Positions 26,674-40,187 of a stretch of 64,000 nucleotides of DNA are shown one piece after another. This DNA comes from Raja brachyura. Taxonomy: Eukaryota. Each line of letters starts with the position of its first letter. The first letter of the stretch is position 1. The stretch is taken from assembly GCA_963514005.1 (NCBI GenBank), contig OY740810.1, positions 10,850,001 to 10,914,000 of the forward strand, given 5' to 3'. The position numbers and the translations under genes are program-made. The notes under the pieces are model-generated. The model was not told the origin of the DNA and did no database searches. It saw only the letters and a list, made by a program, of their open reading frames with translations.

Positions 26674-27194
26674 GTAAGTTATTTTTGAGCTGTTTATAAA
26701 TATTGCTGTCAACATAGCAAACTCATGCATTTGAAGTAAATACAAATATTATTCTTGAACTTTAATGTTTGTTACATGTTTTTTGTATTTGTTCTACATA
26801 TTTTTACCTCTACATTTATAGGGGTGTAGTCATCTTCATTTTAATAAAATCTGTGGAAAGATCTTTGGGGAAAACTGAGCATACATGTAATGCTAAGCAT
26901 TGATTAATCTCTTATTTCATAAGCACCTCTAATAATGAAAACTTGTGTGAATTGTAATGAATAACTGCAGATTCCCATATTCAAGTGTCTTAAGATAATT
27001 CGTATTCTATTTTATGATATTTGAGGAAGCCATTAGGCCCATCGAATCTAATTTGGCTCTTGGTGCACACTCCATGTCACCCACTTCCCACGTATTTCCG
27101 TGAACCCAGTTCCCCCCTCATGCCCTTTTAATACCAACTAATTCTACCACCCATTATAGTTGTGGTCGATTTCAGTAGCTATATAAATGATCAT

Positions 27195-27325
27195 GCAACA
27201 TATGTTTGGCATGTGGGAGGAAACCATAGACACAGAGAAGGTGCACTCTCCCCACAACACTGGAGGTCAGGATTGAACCTGGGTCACTGAGCTGTGAGGC
27301 AGTAACACTATCCTTTGCACACTGT
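27195..27325 (-). mobile_element. V-SINE fragment
   Basis: tgtgggaggaaacc...ggtcaggattgaacctgggtcactgagctgtgaggcag. Confidence 0.6.
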
Positions 27326-27547
27326 CACTAAAACTGCATATAAAGTAAAATATTGTTGTGCGATTTAATCTGTTTTCACCACCACCACCACTCCACTTAT
27401 CATCCTACATGGCAATTTCTTCATTATAGAAAGAAGGGTGCCATTTGTTTTCCGCTTTATCTTTCCAAAATTTAGTCCTGTGTATTGATAGATCCAAATT
27501 CTTTCAACCATCTTGCTTACACCCCAGCAGTATAAATATTGACTTCT

Positions 27548-27699
27548 NNNNNNNNNNNNNNNNNNNNNNNNNNNNNNNNNNNNNNNNNNNNNNNNNNNNN
27601 NNNNNNNNNNNNNNNNNNNNNNNNNNNNNNNNNNNNNNNNNNNNNNNNNNNNNNNNNNNNNNNNNNNNNNNNNNNNNNNNNNNNNNNNNNNNNNNNNNN
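27548..27699. other. Assembly gap (152 N) within a Penelope-like repeat
   Basis: Run of N; left flank encodes SCLHPSSINIDF (PLE C-terminus-like) and right flank carries the PLE terminal motif. Confidence 0.95.
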
Positions 27700-28145
27700 G
27701 TTAGCTTTGTTGTTTCCTTCTAGCTAACTAGGAGAATAGGTATATTCTACGTTTTCCTTGATCTCCAGGTCTCGATCAGAAACATCGCCCATTCCTTCTC
27801 TCCAGCGATGTTGCTTGTGCTGATGAGTTAGTCGAGCATTTTGTGCCTATCTTTTGTTTACTAACCAAAAATGTTGTGCAGAGCAAGGATAAAAGCAGTG
27901 CTGGCTCGAAGGGCCGAATGGCCTACTCCTGCATCTATTGTCTATTGAAATAAAGTATATTTACCTCTTTATGGGGGGTTGTTCTGCACTTGAATGTACT
28001 GCAGGTTTAAATGATGTTTGCTTTCTGATTTCTAAAACTGTTCATTTGAAAAATGTCATCCCTCGTTCATGATAAATCTGAAGTGATGAAAATGCATGAA
28101 TCGTACACCACACAATATGGACGAAATTTTGATATTTGGTTACAG

Positions 28146-28223
28146 GAGGAACAAGAGGCAGCTAGACGTAGACAACAAAAGGAAAACAAAGAAAATAAGA
28201 GCAGTACAACAACTCCAACCAAG
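28146..28223 (+). CDS. DOT1L: DOT1L exon 13
   Basis: EEQEAARRRQQKENKENKSSTTTPTK, 78 bp. Confidence 0.92.
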
Positions 28224-28466
28224 GTGAGGTGATGTTTAATTTGCATGAAATCTGTTTTATAGACCATCTCATTATGAAAATGTAACTGCAATATACTGTT
28301 TGAATAGCTCTTGTGGTTCATCAAGCACACTCGTCTCTCTTTGTGATCCCTTTCCACATTCCACAATTTCTATTGAATTATCTGAGCACCTTTTATCTTT
28401 ATTCATTTCTTGGATAGTGGACACTGGGATCTAAACATCATTGGAAATGCTAGCATTCACTGCTTA

Positions 28467-28925
28467 AGGGGCTGTACCACTTGAGCAACCTAATCTGCGA
28501 GTTTGCCCTCGACTCGTACTCGCAGCATGGTCGACACGAGGTCGTAGGAGGTCTTTAACTCTCCTTCATGCTCGCGAATAGTCCCCGTGTACTCGAGGCC
28601 TCAGCTAGGTCGCAACTTTTTTTTCAACGTTGAAAAATGCCCCCGTGTAAAAAAAAAAAAAAAAGGTCCCCGTGGAACGGTCCGTTTTTTACTCGTAGGT
28701 TTAGTCGTAATATGTCGGCATGTTAGTCGTAGGTAATCGAGGGTAGTCGTAGATAGTCTTCATCATAGTTGAAGGAGGTCGTCTTCACTCTCCACTATTT
28801 GGTGTCCAATTTTGTCGAAGCTAGTCTTCAACATAGTCGAAGGAGGTCTTCAACATGACATATTTTCAAACTCTCCTAAACTCTTCTAAACTCGCCAATT
28901 AGGTTGCCTAAGTGGGACAGCTCCT
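28467..28925. mobile_element. MITE, probably PIF/Harbinger-like
   Basis: ~37-bp imperfect TIRs (aggggctgtaccacttgagcaacctaat / attaggttgcctaagtgggacagctcct), TTA/TGA flanks, internal agtcgtag repeats. Confidence 0.75.
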
Positions 28926-29041
28926 TGAGGAGTTGCAAAAAAGCCAGACCATAAAGGTTGGCAGATTTTCTCTGCTGAGGAGGGCATTCATGCCTGACTG
29001 AACACTTGATTCCAAACAGTTGCCTGTGTTTCTATTTTTAG

Positions 29042-29325
29042 CAGCTCATTGGTGCAAGTGGTAGAGCTCCTGCTTCACAGTGCCAGAGACCGACGATTGT
29101 TCCTTCCTCGGGTGCTGATTGTGTGGACTTTGCACTTTCTCCCCATGATTGAGTGGGTTTACTGTGGATGCTCCGGTTTCGTCACACATCCCTAGACGTG
29201 CTGATCTGTAGGTTAATTGCCCTCCGTAAATTGCCCTGTCGGGAGTTGATGAGAAAGTGGGATGATATAGAACTTGTGTGAACGACAGATTGATGGTCAG
29301 AGTAGACTCAGTGTGCTGAATCTTT
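29042..29325 (+). mobile_element. V-SINE (HE1-like)
   Basis: Homologous to 1760-2036 and 51346-51665. Confidence 0.75.
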
Positions 29326-29625
29326 CAATCAATTTTTCAATCAAGACTCTTTGGTATGCTTTCTACTCACATGCTCTGTCTCCTTGACATTTGTTTGCTC
29401 ACCTCTGCATCTTGCAGACACAGCCTAGATATTTTAGTATTTATGGATACAATACTAAATGAAATATAAAAGTTTAAGCTTTTCCTGCAAATCCTTTTAA
29501 CCAGCTGACTTGGAAGGCGTGTCTGTATTATGAGCAATGCTAATTTAATTGCCAGAAACCTGGCTTTCATTTTCTATGATCAATAAAGGAAACTCCATAT
29601 TATTTGTATTCCATAATAATTGTAA

Positions 29626-29979
<354 letters not shown>

Positions 29980-30531
29980 TGAAAATTATGTCCACATTTT
30001 GTGCCAGATTAATAAATGACAGACTGTTCAGTACCAGAAGATCAAGCAAACAATCTTGGGTTCAACTGATATATGTTTGAGCATTTCTGATAAGATTTAT
30101 GGATCTGAAGAGGAACTTGAAAACGTGAACATAATAAACCTTGTAGTCTTTTGTTCATTTTTACTTATGTTCACTCTTAAATGCACCAAGAAAAATCTGC
30201 ACATATGGTTAGATTACAGTATTGTGAAAAGCATGATCTTTTAAACCAAACGCATTCAATACTTTTATTTCTAAATACACTTTTGATGTTGCATTTAATT
30301 ATTTTGAGCTATTATCACTTAATCTGTGGAGAATTTGCAAGTTCCTCAGTTTCCAACAGTGTACAGCCTATTGCACTTTATCTGTTTATATATGTATGTG
30401 TATATATGGTCTATGCTATATAGTGACACTGAACTGTTCTGTATTTATGCTTACAATTCTCTGCTGTACTGCAGCAAGCAAGAATTTCATTGTCCTATCT
30501 GGGACACATGACAATAAACTCACTTGACTTG

Positions 30532-31508
30532 GAATAGAATAGAATAGAATGCTATTTATTGTCATTTAAACATCTAGGTTTGAACGAAATTGCATTTCCT
30601 ACAGTTTTGTTTTACATTACAAAAAAACCTAAGACCCACACTTAACACAGTTTACACAAACATCCATCACAGTGAGTCTCCAGCACCTCACTGTGATGGA
30701 AGGCAAAGTCTTATCTCTTCCCTTTGTTCTTCACCCGCGGTGCAGCAGTCCAACTGCAGCGTCTAGGCGAACTCGGGCTCTGATGTTAAAGCCCCCGGCG
30801 GACGACGGTAAGTCCTGCGGCCTTTAAGCCACGCCGGGCGATGTTAGGCCCCGGGTCCGTGTCCTTTAAACCCCGCGGTTCAAGCAGTCCAAACCGCGGT
30901 CCAGCAGTCCAACTGCAGCGTCTAGGTGAACTGGGGCTCCGGTGTTAGAGCCTGCAACGGACGATGGTAAGTCCCGTGGCCGCTTACCCGCGCCGGGCGA
31001 TGTTAGGCCCCGCTGCGTGTCCATTAAACCCCGCGATTCCAGCGGGAGAAGTTGCCGTTGCGGGAGCTCTGATAAGCCGTCTCCCACCAGGGACCTGGAG
31101 CTCCCGATGTTCCTGTCCACCGGGCCTGCAGCCGGAGCTTCCGAAGCTCCAAAGTAGGGTCGCAGTCGAGTGCCACCACAGCTCTCCCTGCTCCGAAGAC
31201 GGCCAGCTCCGCGATGTCTTGTCCGCAGGCTCTGCGACTGGAGCCCTCGGGCTGGTCCCGGCCGGAGGCCGCCGCCGGTTCCACGATATTAGGCCCAACG
31301 ACACCAGAGACCCGACAGAGAAAAAGTTGGGTCCCCGTACAGGGAAGAGACTAACGGTTTCCCCCACATCCCCCCCTCCACCCCCCACATATACACAGCT
31401 AAAAAATAATAAAAACTAAGCTCAAGACATACATATAACAAGATAAAAATTTAAAAAAAGACGGACGACTGTAGTCGAGTCTCTGCCGTTAGGCACCGCC
31501 ACACCCAG
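30532..31508 (-). mobile_element. GC-rich non-autonomous retroelement with internal tandem duplication
   Basis: (aatag)n tail plus tttattgtcatt LINE-type 3' end on the minus strand; ~120-bp internal direct repeats at ~30734-30852 and ~30893-31011; inserted in a (cttga)n tail. Confidence 0.6.
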
Positions 31509-31769
31509 ATGACTTGACACTGTAAGATCAGTGGTTTATTAATTATTGTATTACTGGTCTCAAGTTTTCAGAGAAAAATCTGGTGAATATTGAATAAAAG
31601 TCAACATAATTAAAATTAGTTAACAAAAACATGGTGCTAAATTTAATCTGTCAGTTGATTTTATTTTGCATAGTTCTGAGAGTCTGTTTTCAAAATAACC
31701 ATTTTATCTACGAGGATTCATTATCTACAAATGTGGACTTTATTGGGATTGAAAACAAATCCCAATAAA

Positions 31770-31927
31770 GTAAAAACCAAATAATTAATAAAGTCAAGAG
31801 AATTGCAGTTAGAAAAAGAGGCTGCCCCAAGAAAATGAGCACTGCAATTTCAAAAAGAAATACAAAGAAAAGTCAATCTGCACTGGATCTTTTACATGCT
31901 CAGACTCTCTCAGCATCCTTGCTTCAG
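31770..31927 (+). pseudogene. Intronic partial copy of DOT1L exon 14
   Basis: Near-identical to 29711-29868; no flanking splice sites; RGRP changed to RGCP. Confidence 0.92.
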
Positions 31928-32411
31928 TATCTACAAATGTGGACTTTATTAGGATTGGAAAAAAATCAGATTACTTGTAAAAATATAATATTTAAACCTG
32001 CATGGAAAAAGGTAGAAATAGACTTTGGTAATTGACAAATAATGAAAATATTGATTAGGCAATGATGTTAAATGTGGCTGAATGTCATGTTTCGTTGCTC
32101 TTTGGCACAATAACTTGCTATTAAAATTCATTTGCAGTTTTAAAGATATTACGTTGGCCTTGTTTCATGTATACATATTTGATTCTTTAATTACAACAGA
32201 TGGAGTTCAATACCAATTTTGGCTTTGTCCTCATGCATTGTGTCAATATGCTGTTTCAGCTTTATAAACATTTTTGGCAATCTTTAATGTAGTTGAGAGC
32301 AATTTGTACTTATCTTGGGTGCCATTTAGCTGAATCACTTTGTTCATTGCAACTGATAATTATCAAATTGTAGCACGGGAAAACCGTTACTCATTTGCTT
32401 TCATTTTTCAG

Positions 32412-32525
32412 ATGCATACAAGTCACCTCATAGTCCATTTTACCAACTACCTCCCAAAGTGCAACGCTATTCACCCAATCAGTTTTTACTGGGTCCTACA
32501 CCACCTGCACTACAGAAGCTGCTAG
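32412..32525 (+). CDS. DOT1L: DOT1L exon 15
   Basis: DAYKSPHSPFYQLPPKVQRYSPNQFLLGPTPPALQKLL, 114 bp. Confidence 0.95.
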   Translation: MHTSHLIVHFTNYLPKCNAIHPISFYWVLHHLHYRSC

Positions 32526-33399
32526 GTGAGTAATACAGCATTTACTGAGTGAACTTGGATAGGATTTTATCTGTTTGCATAGAATCTAATGGCTCCACTA
32601 GACTGTTTGCAACTGTAATTTGATTCTTTCCGCTTTCATCTTTACAAAGCTGTCATACCTCCAACACTGTTCTTACCTCCAACACTGTTCTATCTCACAT
32701 GTTTGCTGCTCTTTTCTATTTGTTTCTTATTGCTTTTATAATTGTTTTCCGTCTCAATTTCCAAAGTCAATCAAATGCTCAGTTAAAGACTTGTCACAAA
32801 CATGTCACGTCTTTGTTTTCACCTTAGACTTATCTATTTTTGTTTCAATAAACATCTGTTTATAGTTAACAAACAATAAACCTGACATGTTACTGTTTTG
32901 AGACCGGTATTAATAAAGACAAGATTTGTTTTTTCCAAATTACAGTTGCTATGCAAATGATTACAACCCCTATCATTGTGGGCGTTGATTATAGAGTTTT
33001 GAAAGTTAGAGAGGGCTGGATATAAACCTGCATGTATAACCTGTAAATTAATTCTTTTTGTCACATCTATTTTGCTCACTTTCATGTGAGAAATTCCAAG
33101 AAACAAGCTAATCATATATAAAGAACAGTCGACCCAAAACGTCACCCATCCCTTCTCTCCAGAGATGCTGCCCGTCCCGCTGAGTTACCCCAGCTTTTTG
33201 TGTTTGTCTAATTATATTTTTTGCCTCACACCGACCTTGTAATCTCTATTCATTAGTATTCAATGTGGTCACGTTACCCTCCCTGTTGAAACTTGCGGCC
33301 CATATTAATGTTGACAACTGGCATCTTGGATTGATTGCAGAAAACCTGATTGTGCACATGTAGTAACACAGCTTGAGTTCCCTACACCATTGGAATAGG

Positions 33400-34078
33400 T
33401 AAGGCATGAGTAGTAAGTTTGCAGATGTTACTAAAGTGAGTGGTATTGTAGATAGTGAAGATGGTTATCAATAATTATAGCAGGATCTTGATTAGTTCGG
33501 CAAGTGGGATGAGGAATGGCTAATGGAGTTTAATGCAGATGAGTTCAAGGTTTTGCATTTTGTGAAGTCGAACCAAGGCCAGACCTTCACAGGGGCTTCA
33601 CAGTGAATGACCGGGTTCTAGGGAGTGTTAGCGTGCAGGTACATAGTTCCTTAAATGTTGTCAAGAAGGCTTATGGCGCATTGGGTTCTGAGTGTAGAAA
33701 TTGGGATGTTATGTTACAGTTCTACAAGATGCTGGTGAGGCCACATTTGGAATATTGTGTTCAGTTTTAGGTACCCTGCTATAGGAAATATGTTGTTCAA
33801 CAGGAAAGGGTGCAGAGAAAATTTACAAAGAGGTTGTCAGGACTTGAGGCCCTTAGTTATTGAGATGTAGGGCAGGTTAGGACTTTATTACTTGCTGTGC
33901 AGGAGGATGAGGGGTGATCTTATCGACGTGTAGAAGATCATGAGGGGAACAGATACGATAGATGCACAGTCTTTTGCCCAGAGTAGAGGAATAAAGAACC
34001 GGAGGACAGGGTGGTGGGTATATGGAATGAGCTGCTAGAGGAGCTAGTTTTGGAAGGAACTATAACAACATGTAAGAT
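33400..34078 (+). mobile_element. CR1 LINE RT/3' fragment
   Basis: Decayed KFAD.TK, QQDLD...W...W.MEFN, LVRPHLEYCVQF motifs. Confidence 0.8.
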
Positions 34079-34079
34079 A

Positions 34080-34590
34080 CATTTGTTAGACTTCCCAAAA
34101 TGCAACACCTCACTTTTCTCTGTATTAAATTTCATCAACCTTTCCTCAGCCCACCCAGCCAATCGATCAAGATCCTGCTGCAATTTTTCTCAACCATCCT
34201 CACTATCTGCAAAACCACACACTTTTGCATCATCAACAAACTTGCTAATCTTGCCATGTAGGTTCTCATCTGTATGTAAGTAACCTTTCATCATCACCCT
34301 CTGCTTCCTTCCATGAAGCCAATTTTCTATCCATTTAGCTATCTCTCCTTGGATCCCATGTGATCTAACCTTCCAGAGCAGCCTACCATGCAAAACCTTG
34401 TTGAATGCTTTGCTGAAGTCCATATATACAATATCTGCAGTTCTGCTCTCATCGACCTTTTTGGTCACGTCTTAAAAATAACTCAATCAGATTTGTGTGA
34501 CACGACCTCCCATGTACAAAACCATGATGACTATCCCAGTCAGCCCTTATCCGCCTAAATGCATGTATATCCTATATCTCAGAACACTCT
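34080..34590 (-). mobile_element. CR1 LINE RT fragment, inverted relative to its neighbour
   Basis: DIVYMDFSKAFNKVLHGRLL...WIENWLHGRKQRV and QQDLDRLAGWAEERLMKFN. Confidence 0.85.
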
Positions 34591-35829
34591 TTAGGTGATT
34601 TGTTTAAATCCAGCCAAGTAAACAGTCTTTAAGCCGTTGGTATTTATAAAGACCTGTCAATTGTGGTTTGCAGGTTGATTTTTTTACTTTGGCAGCTAAT
34701 TGTGGGGAACCAAGTAAATTTAAAAATCTTGTTGATGTCATCCAGCAGTCAGGTGACTGTCTAAAAGCCTATGTGTAACTTAGGTGATAATAAATGGACT
34801 GAAAATTGTACAAGCAGACCTGGGCCTGTTACTATTTCTGCCCAAACCTTTGTTTCTTTATGCTGTGGGCTGGGAACAATGCTATATGTATCTTGGCACA
34901 GCTCAGCTGGTGTCATTTGCAGTGTTTCCACAACAAGTGGAACTATGGACCTGGGCAAATCCATTTTGGCCTTTAGTTGTAGCATGCTTTTAAGTTTGAT
35001 AGAACTGGCAGATGTAAAATCCATCAGATTCCTTACACATTATTAACCAGAATCTGGTATGATGTGACAGGTCTCTGTTATGGCAAAATCTGTGGATAGA
35101 TCCTTGAAGCTGGGCAACCATCATCTGATCTTGACTGAAGATTGCAATCTGCAAGGCAAAAGTATTTCCCCTCTGGTTCGGCCAACCACATGGGATGCTG
35201 CTGGTAAAACTGATTTTATTTTTGACTCATTACAACCAATTAAATCAAGCAAGGATTAAACATTTTTACAATGGTCTCGTTTCAACTTTGGTCTAGAAGT
35301 ATAAAATAGAATTTAGATTGGGAGACTAAAGGCACCATAATTACAACTATTTGTATTCGCCATAGCTCTTTTAATGTTACCATCAAGGGGTGCATAACGA
35401 ATGTTATCAGTCAAAACCTGCTCATAGTCACAAAGAAAAAGATTAGGGCAGATAATGAAAAAAGTCAAAAGCTAAAATATGAAGAGCTGCAGACAGGTTT
35501 AAAGAGTAAATTCTACAATACTTTACCGCTAAGACACAAACTGTCAAGATGGAGCTTTTCAATTTTGGAATGATAGAGACTGGTACTGGCGAAGTGCTGT
35601 TGGAAAGTTATAGAGTTGGATGAAGTTGCATAGACAGTAAGGAGCAAAGTCTTGGGAGGACGAGAGAATGAGGAGGAGAATGTTCAGAGTTAATTATGGT
35701 TGTACCTGGAGCCAGTGTTGATCTTTGAGTATTGGGCTAATGGGTGAATGTGACTTGGTGCTTATAGTATGCGCAGAGCGTGACATCTAGCTAATGGAGA
35801 GTTGACTGATGGAGTTTGGTTAGGAGTTG

Positions 35830-36175
35830 CGACCAAACGCTGCATGTCTAAGGCCAGCAGTATTATAAAAGACCCCACACATCTCCATCACGGACTGTTC
35901 ACTCTGCTGCCCTCGGGAAAAATATATCGCAGCATAAGGAGCAGAACATCAAGGTTCTGCAACAGCTTCTTCCCACGAGCCTTCAGACTCCTGAATGCCA
36001 TGTAATGGGCTGCCACCATTGTCTATTTATCCTTTTCATCCATGCCTATCCTTCGGTTAATTTATTGTGTTGCACAGGGAGCCAAATGCAACGTAATTTC
36101 GTTTGGAACTGCATATATCAATGTATTTCTAAATGACAATAAAGTTTGTTTGACTTGACTTTTGACTTTGACTTG
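35830..36175 (+). mobile_element. Rex1/Babar-like LINE 3' end
   Basis: KASSIIKDPTH.HHGLFTLLPSGK.YRSIRSRTSRFCNSFFP; aatgacaataaa followed by (gactt)n tail. Confidence 0.8.
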
Positions 36176-38175
36176 ATTGTCAGTCGAGAAGCAACAAAGG
36201 GTTAGTTAAGGTCTTCAACAACATACCAACTTAGTTGGAGTATTGCGGTGGAATGCTACGGAGGTGCAAGATGGTGGCGTGTGGATATGTGTCCAGAGGT
36301 TCTAGTTCATTGGCAATTGCCAGGGATATTGTGTTGGTAACTAAGGAACAGAGTTTTCAACTAGTTGCAGTGACTTTGGGATAAAGTCAAATAAGTTTTT
36401 CGAGCTTGTGTTGAAAGACAGCAAAAAATAGGGAACTAAGAACTAATACAAGACCTGGAGTATAATGTCTGAATGATAGAACTCCTCAAAGGCAAGCAAT
36501 GACCAGTTTCAAGATTGTTTAATTGTCATTGGCTTCAGGACTGGGGTAATTAGATTACATCTTGGTGCACCTTGCAGGCAGATTCAACACAACAGCTCAG
36601 CAAACAAATATACAATCTATTATCAGTTATCCTGGCTAAAGTAGACCACGATGGTGCAAGTCAAAATACACAGTGCAGTTGTTTTGGAACCAACATGTGT
36701 TTTACAGCCAGAGGAAGAGCTTGAGAAGGTACTGACACTTAGCAAGGTTAGAGAAGAAGAAATAAAATGTTGAAATGGGTGCAACACTGCGGATCGATAT
36801 AAATTAAGTTATTAGCATGTGTATGTATTGATACAGAAGGAGATATTCAACTTTGAACTAATGAAGCACAATCTGTAGATTTAATATTGAAGGAGCAAGA
36901 GAGGATATCATTACAGCACTGGAAGGTGACTGAGTTGAATGTTGAAGGTTGCAGCTGGAGATAACAGTTGAGCCAATTGATGACAGACGAGAAGTAGGAG
37001 TGTTGATGGGATGTGAAATGGCTTCAATTTTATCCTTCAAATGGAAATAATTTTAATTAATTCATATCTTGATAACTAAAAAGGTACGTGAAGTATTGTA
37101 GCACAACCTTGAGGTACAGGAGGAGAATCTCCATGCATGTGAAAGTGTAATGTTATGTCATTGAAAGTAAGTGACTTAAAAGGAACTGCCTTTACACTGT
37201 AGAGATTGTGTCCAGAGCTCTCCTCCTTTTATTCATACAATATTCTGATTTTACGTCGGCACACTGTGTCCAAGCTGAATTGTGCCCGAGGGATCCTGGA
37301 GTTGCATTGAATGTAGAGAGGATTCAGTGAGGAATGTGGAATTATACTGCACTTCTACAGCACGATGTTTGTGATTTTGACTACTGTAGAGGAGGTGGAT
37401 GATGTTCAGAGGGAGAATTATTACAGTGAAAATTTGTTAACACTGAGGAGATTCATTCAATCTTGTTCTTTGTTAAAAGTTAGGTTTCAAGATCCTCTTA
37501 ATTTTTATGACGGCCACCTTTGATCAGAGGGAAAAGGCCCAAAGTAATTAACCCTGTAATCATTTTGCTTTTATTTGTTGCGCTGCTTCGTACCTTCTTT
37601 ATAGGCAAACTGGCAGGTTGCTTTTTCAGCAGAATGGTGCAAACGTTCACACCACACACACTGGGGTGGGTAGGTTGCTAGTGTATTCATGAATGCTACC
37701 ACATTTTATGCCCAAAGCATCCTTTTAAATTGTGAAATGGAAAATGCTGAAAGGCCACTGCAGCTCGATACTACGTTCTGAATGTTTTCAACGTTTTTCT
37801 AAAATTGATAACAATTGCACTTTTTTTTGTGTGTGCTTTCTTCTCAATAACTTTAAAGTTGGCTATTTATTCTGCAGTACTGTGAAATGTGACTGGAAGT
37901 TAAATATTTTCAGCACAAATTAGTTTTGTTGATCCTCTATTGCTGGATATTTACTTACTAATATTTCTTCATTTTAAGCTTGTATTTAAGTTTTTTTTTA
38001 ACTGGTTCACATAGTATCAGGAAATGTCCGCCGAAACTTGGATTTAATTTAAGTTCAAAATGGTGTTTAAGGTTTTGAAAATGTCTCTTCAATAAGTTTT
38101 ATTCATTTCACTGCTTGATTGAAGGAATTAAATGAGTTGCATATTGATATATTAACTGGTATTGGTCAAATTCAG

Positions 38176-38267
38176 AGTCTTTCAGGTTGCAGTATCTGCA
38201 GTTCATGGCATATATGAAGACGCCTCAATATAAGACAAATTTGCAGCAATTACTGGACCAGGAAAAG
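38176..38267 (+). CDS. DOT1L: DOT1L exon 16
   Basis: ESFRLQYLQFMAYMKTPQYKTNLQQLLDQEK, 92 bp. Confidence 0.95.
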
Positions 38268-39365
38268 GTATCTTTTTATTTGACTGTAAAATGACAGTAA
38301 ACCTTTAATGTTTCAAAAAGATATGGCAGATGTAATGGACTAAAGATTGTGCCGGCTTAACTTGAGAGTATTGATTTAGATGTACATGCAGCAAGTGTTA
38401 TTTCAAAATCTTGGCAAAAGTGAGCTTTGACGTAAAGTGTAGTACTGCTTTCCTTGAAGCTGTAGGACTAGGACTAGATGTCAAAGACAAACTACCCAAA
38501 CATATTCTCCAATGAGCGAGTCTTTGGCTTGAAGCAGCCAAAGTCTCTGGCTTGAAGCAGCAGCAAAATACCTTGACAGATTTCCAGTGAGCCAGCCACA
38601 GGCTGATGCTGCTGTGAAACCTGTCAATTACATTGTTTATTGAGCATTACTGATTTTCAAACAGGCTGCTAAAAGGCAATGAATGAATTGTAAAATATCA
38701 TAAATTATTGCACATTAAAAAAAAAGTATAGGCCCAATGCAAGCACCACCACTGCTCATCTAATTTATCTCATTCTCACATGTCTACGTATTATCTTTCC
38801 TCTCTCTGCTTCCACACCCACACTTGCCCCAGCTCTCTGTTTAGAAATTTATTTTTAACTCCCTCTGTCCCTCATCTGCACCCGATTCATTCCATTTACT
38901 GCTTTTCCAATTTTTCTACTATCATATTTTGGGATTCTTTCTTAACTTGTTTCGGCAATAACATTCACAAAATGTGATGGGCTGCACCAAGCAAAATTCC
39001 TACAAGGCATGTCCCAATCTTTTATGCAGTTATCAGTGTATACCTTGGAGTTTCTGTTGATGTTAAAGGATACAAAGACACATCAGGGGCAGGAGAATAA
39101 ATAGTTTTTGGTTTATCCAGTTGACTTCTGAATTAACGGACTGTATATTTACAATACTAGTTAGTGGTTGAAGTTTTCTAACTAAAATCCCTAGGGAAGT
39201 GTTTTGGTATAATCTTTTACCTTAAAGGAAAATAGAATCGCCCCGAGCCTTGAATGTGATCCAATTAGATCAAAGGTTGAGGCAATCCCTTTTGTTTGAC
39301 AAATTTCAGAAGATACTATCTATGTAGGTAGTTGTAAACAAAATGTAATCTTGTTTTGTTTGCAG

Positions 39366-39467
39366 TTGAAGAACATGCAGTTGACAGGAACAGCACAGCA
39401 GCTGTTCAGACATTGTCAGACGCAAAAGGAAGAGGTCCGCCATCTTTTTCAGCAGAAACTTGAAGAG
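39366..39467 (+). CDS. DOT1L: DOT1L exon 17
   Basis: LKNMQLTGTAQQLFRHCQTQKEEVRHLFQQKLEE, 102 bp. Confidence 0.94.
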
Positions 39468-40187
39468 GTATGAATTGTGTGGCTTCATGTGTAGAATGTA
39501 AAATACTTGCTAAGCCCTGCATTACCATGAGGTTTCTTTATATATGACTAAATCATACAAATATGTTAACATTTCAAGTGGGAATCTTTGTAAAACTCAT
39601 TAGCCTGTATCACGTGCACTGAACTTTATTTGCTGTGTTTGTATTGTATACACAATCTTGCTGTCACATAACATGTTAAGAATTGGTTATGAGTCCTATC
39701 CCCTTTATAAAGCTTTCATTCTGAATCCTTAGTATGCACTTAATACGTAAAATGACCTAATTGAAAAGTTGACAAGATAGGATAGGGGAAGAAACTGTCT
39801 AGCTTCTCATAATGTGGGGCACATTATGTGAAAACATTGCTCAGAAATTAATTACTGACATTAGCAGGAAAGGCACTCGCTTGCCTTGTTACCTCGCTGG
39901 CAATTGCCACGGATTGAGGAGACATTTTCTAACTGGCATCTGTTTCAGTGTGGCGCTCTCTGCGGAGACTCTGAACAGGACAAGAAACTGTGAGGCTCTT
40001 CAACCAAACGTTTTGAGGAGTCTTCACTGAGACGTGCAGAGCCTTAACCAGGAGGTATAATCCTGGAAATATAAATTAGATTTAAAGATGTGCAAAAAGC
40101 AAAACAAAGATTGGACAGCAGGCAGGGCTTTTTAAAAATTATTTTTAGATCTATAATTCAGATTTTCATTTGCAGGTATGACAGTTG

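Noticed and set aside
31835-32035. Mutually exclusive alternative exon 14
   Set aside because: The copy lacks the exon's 5' part and has no acceptor or donor at matching positions.
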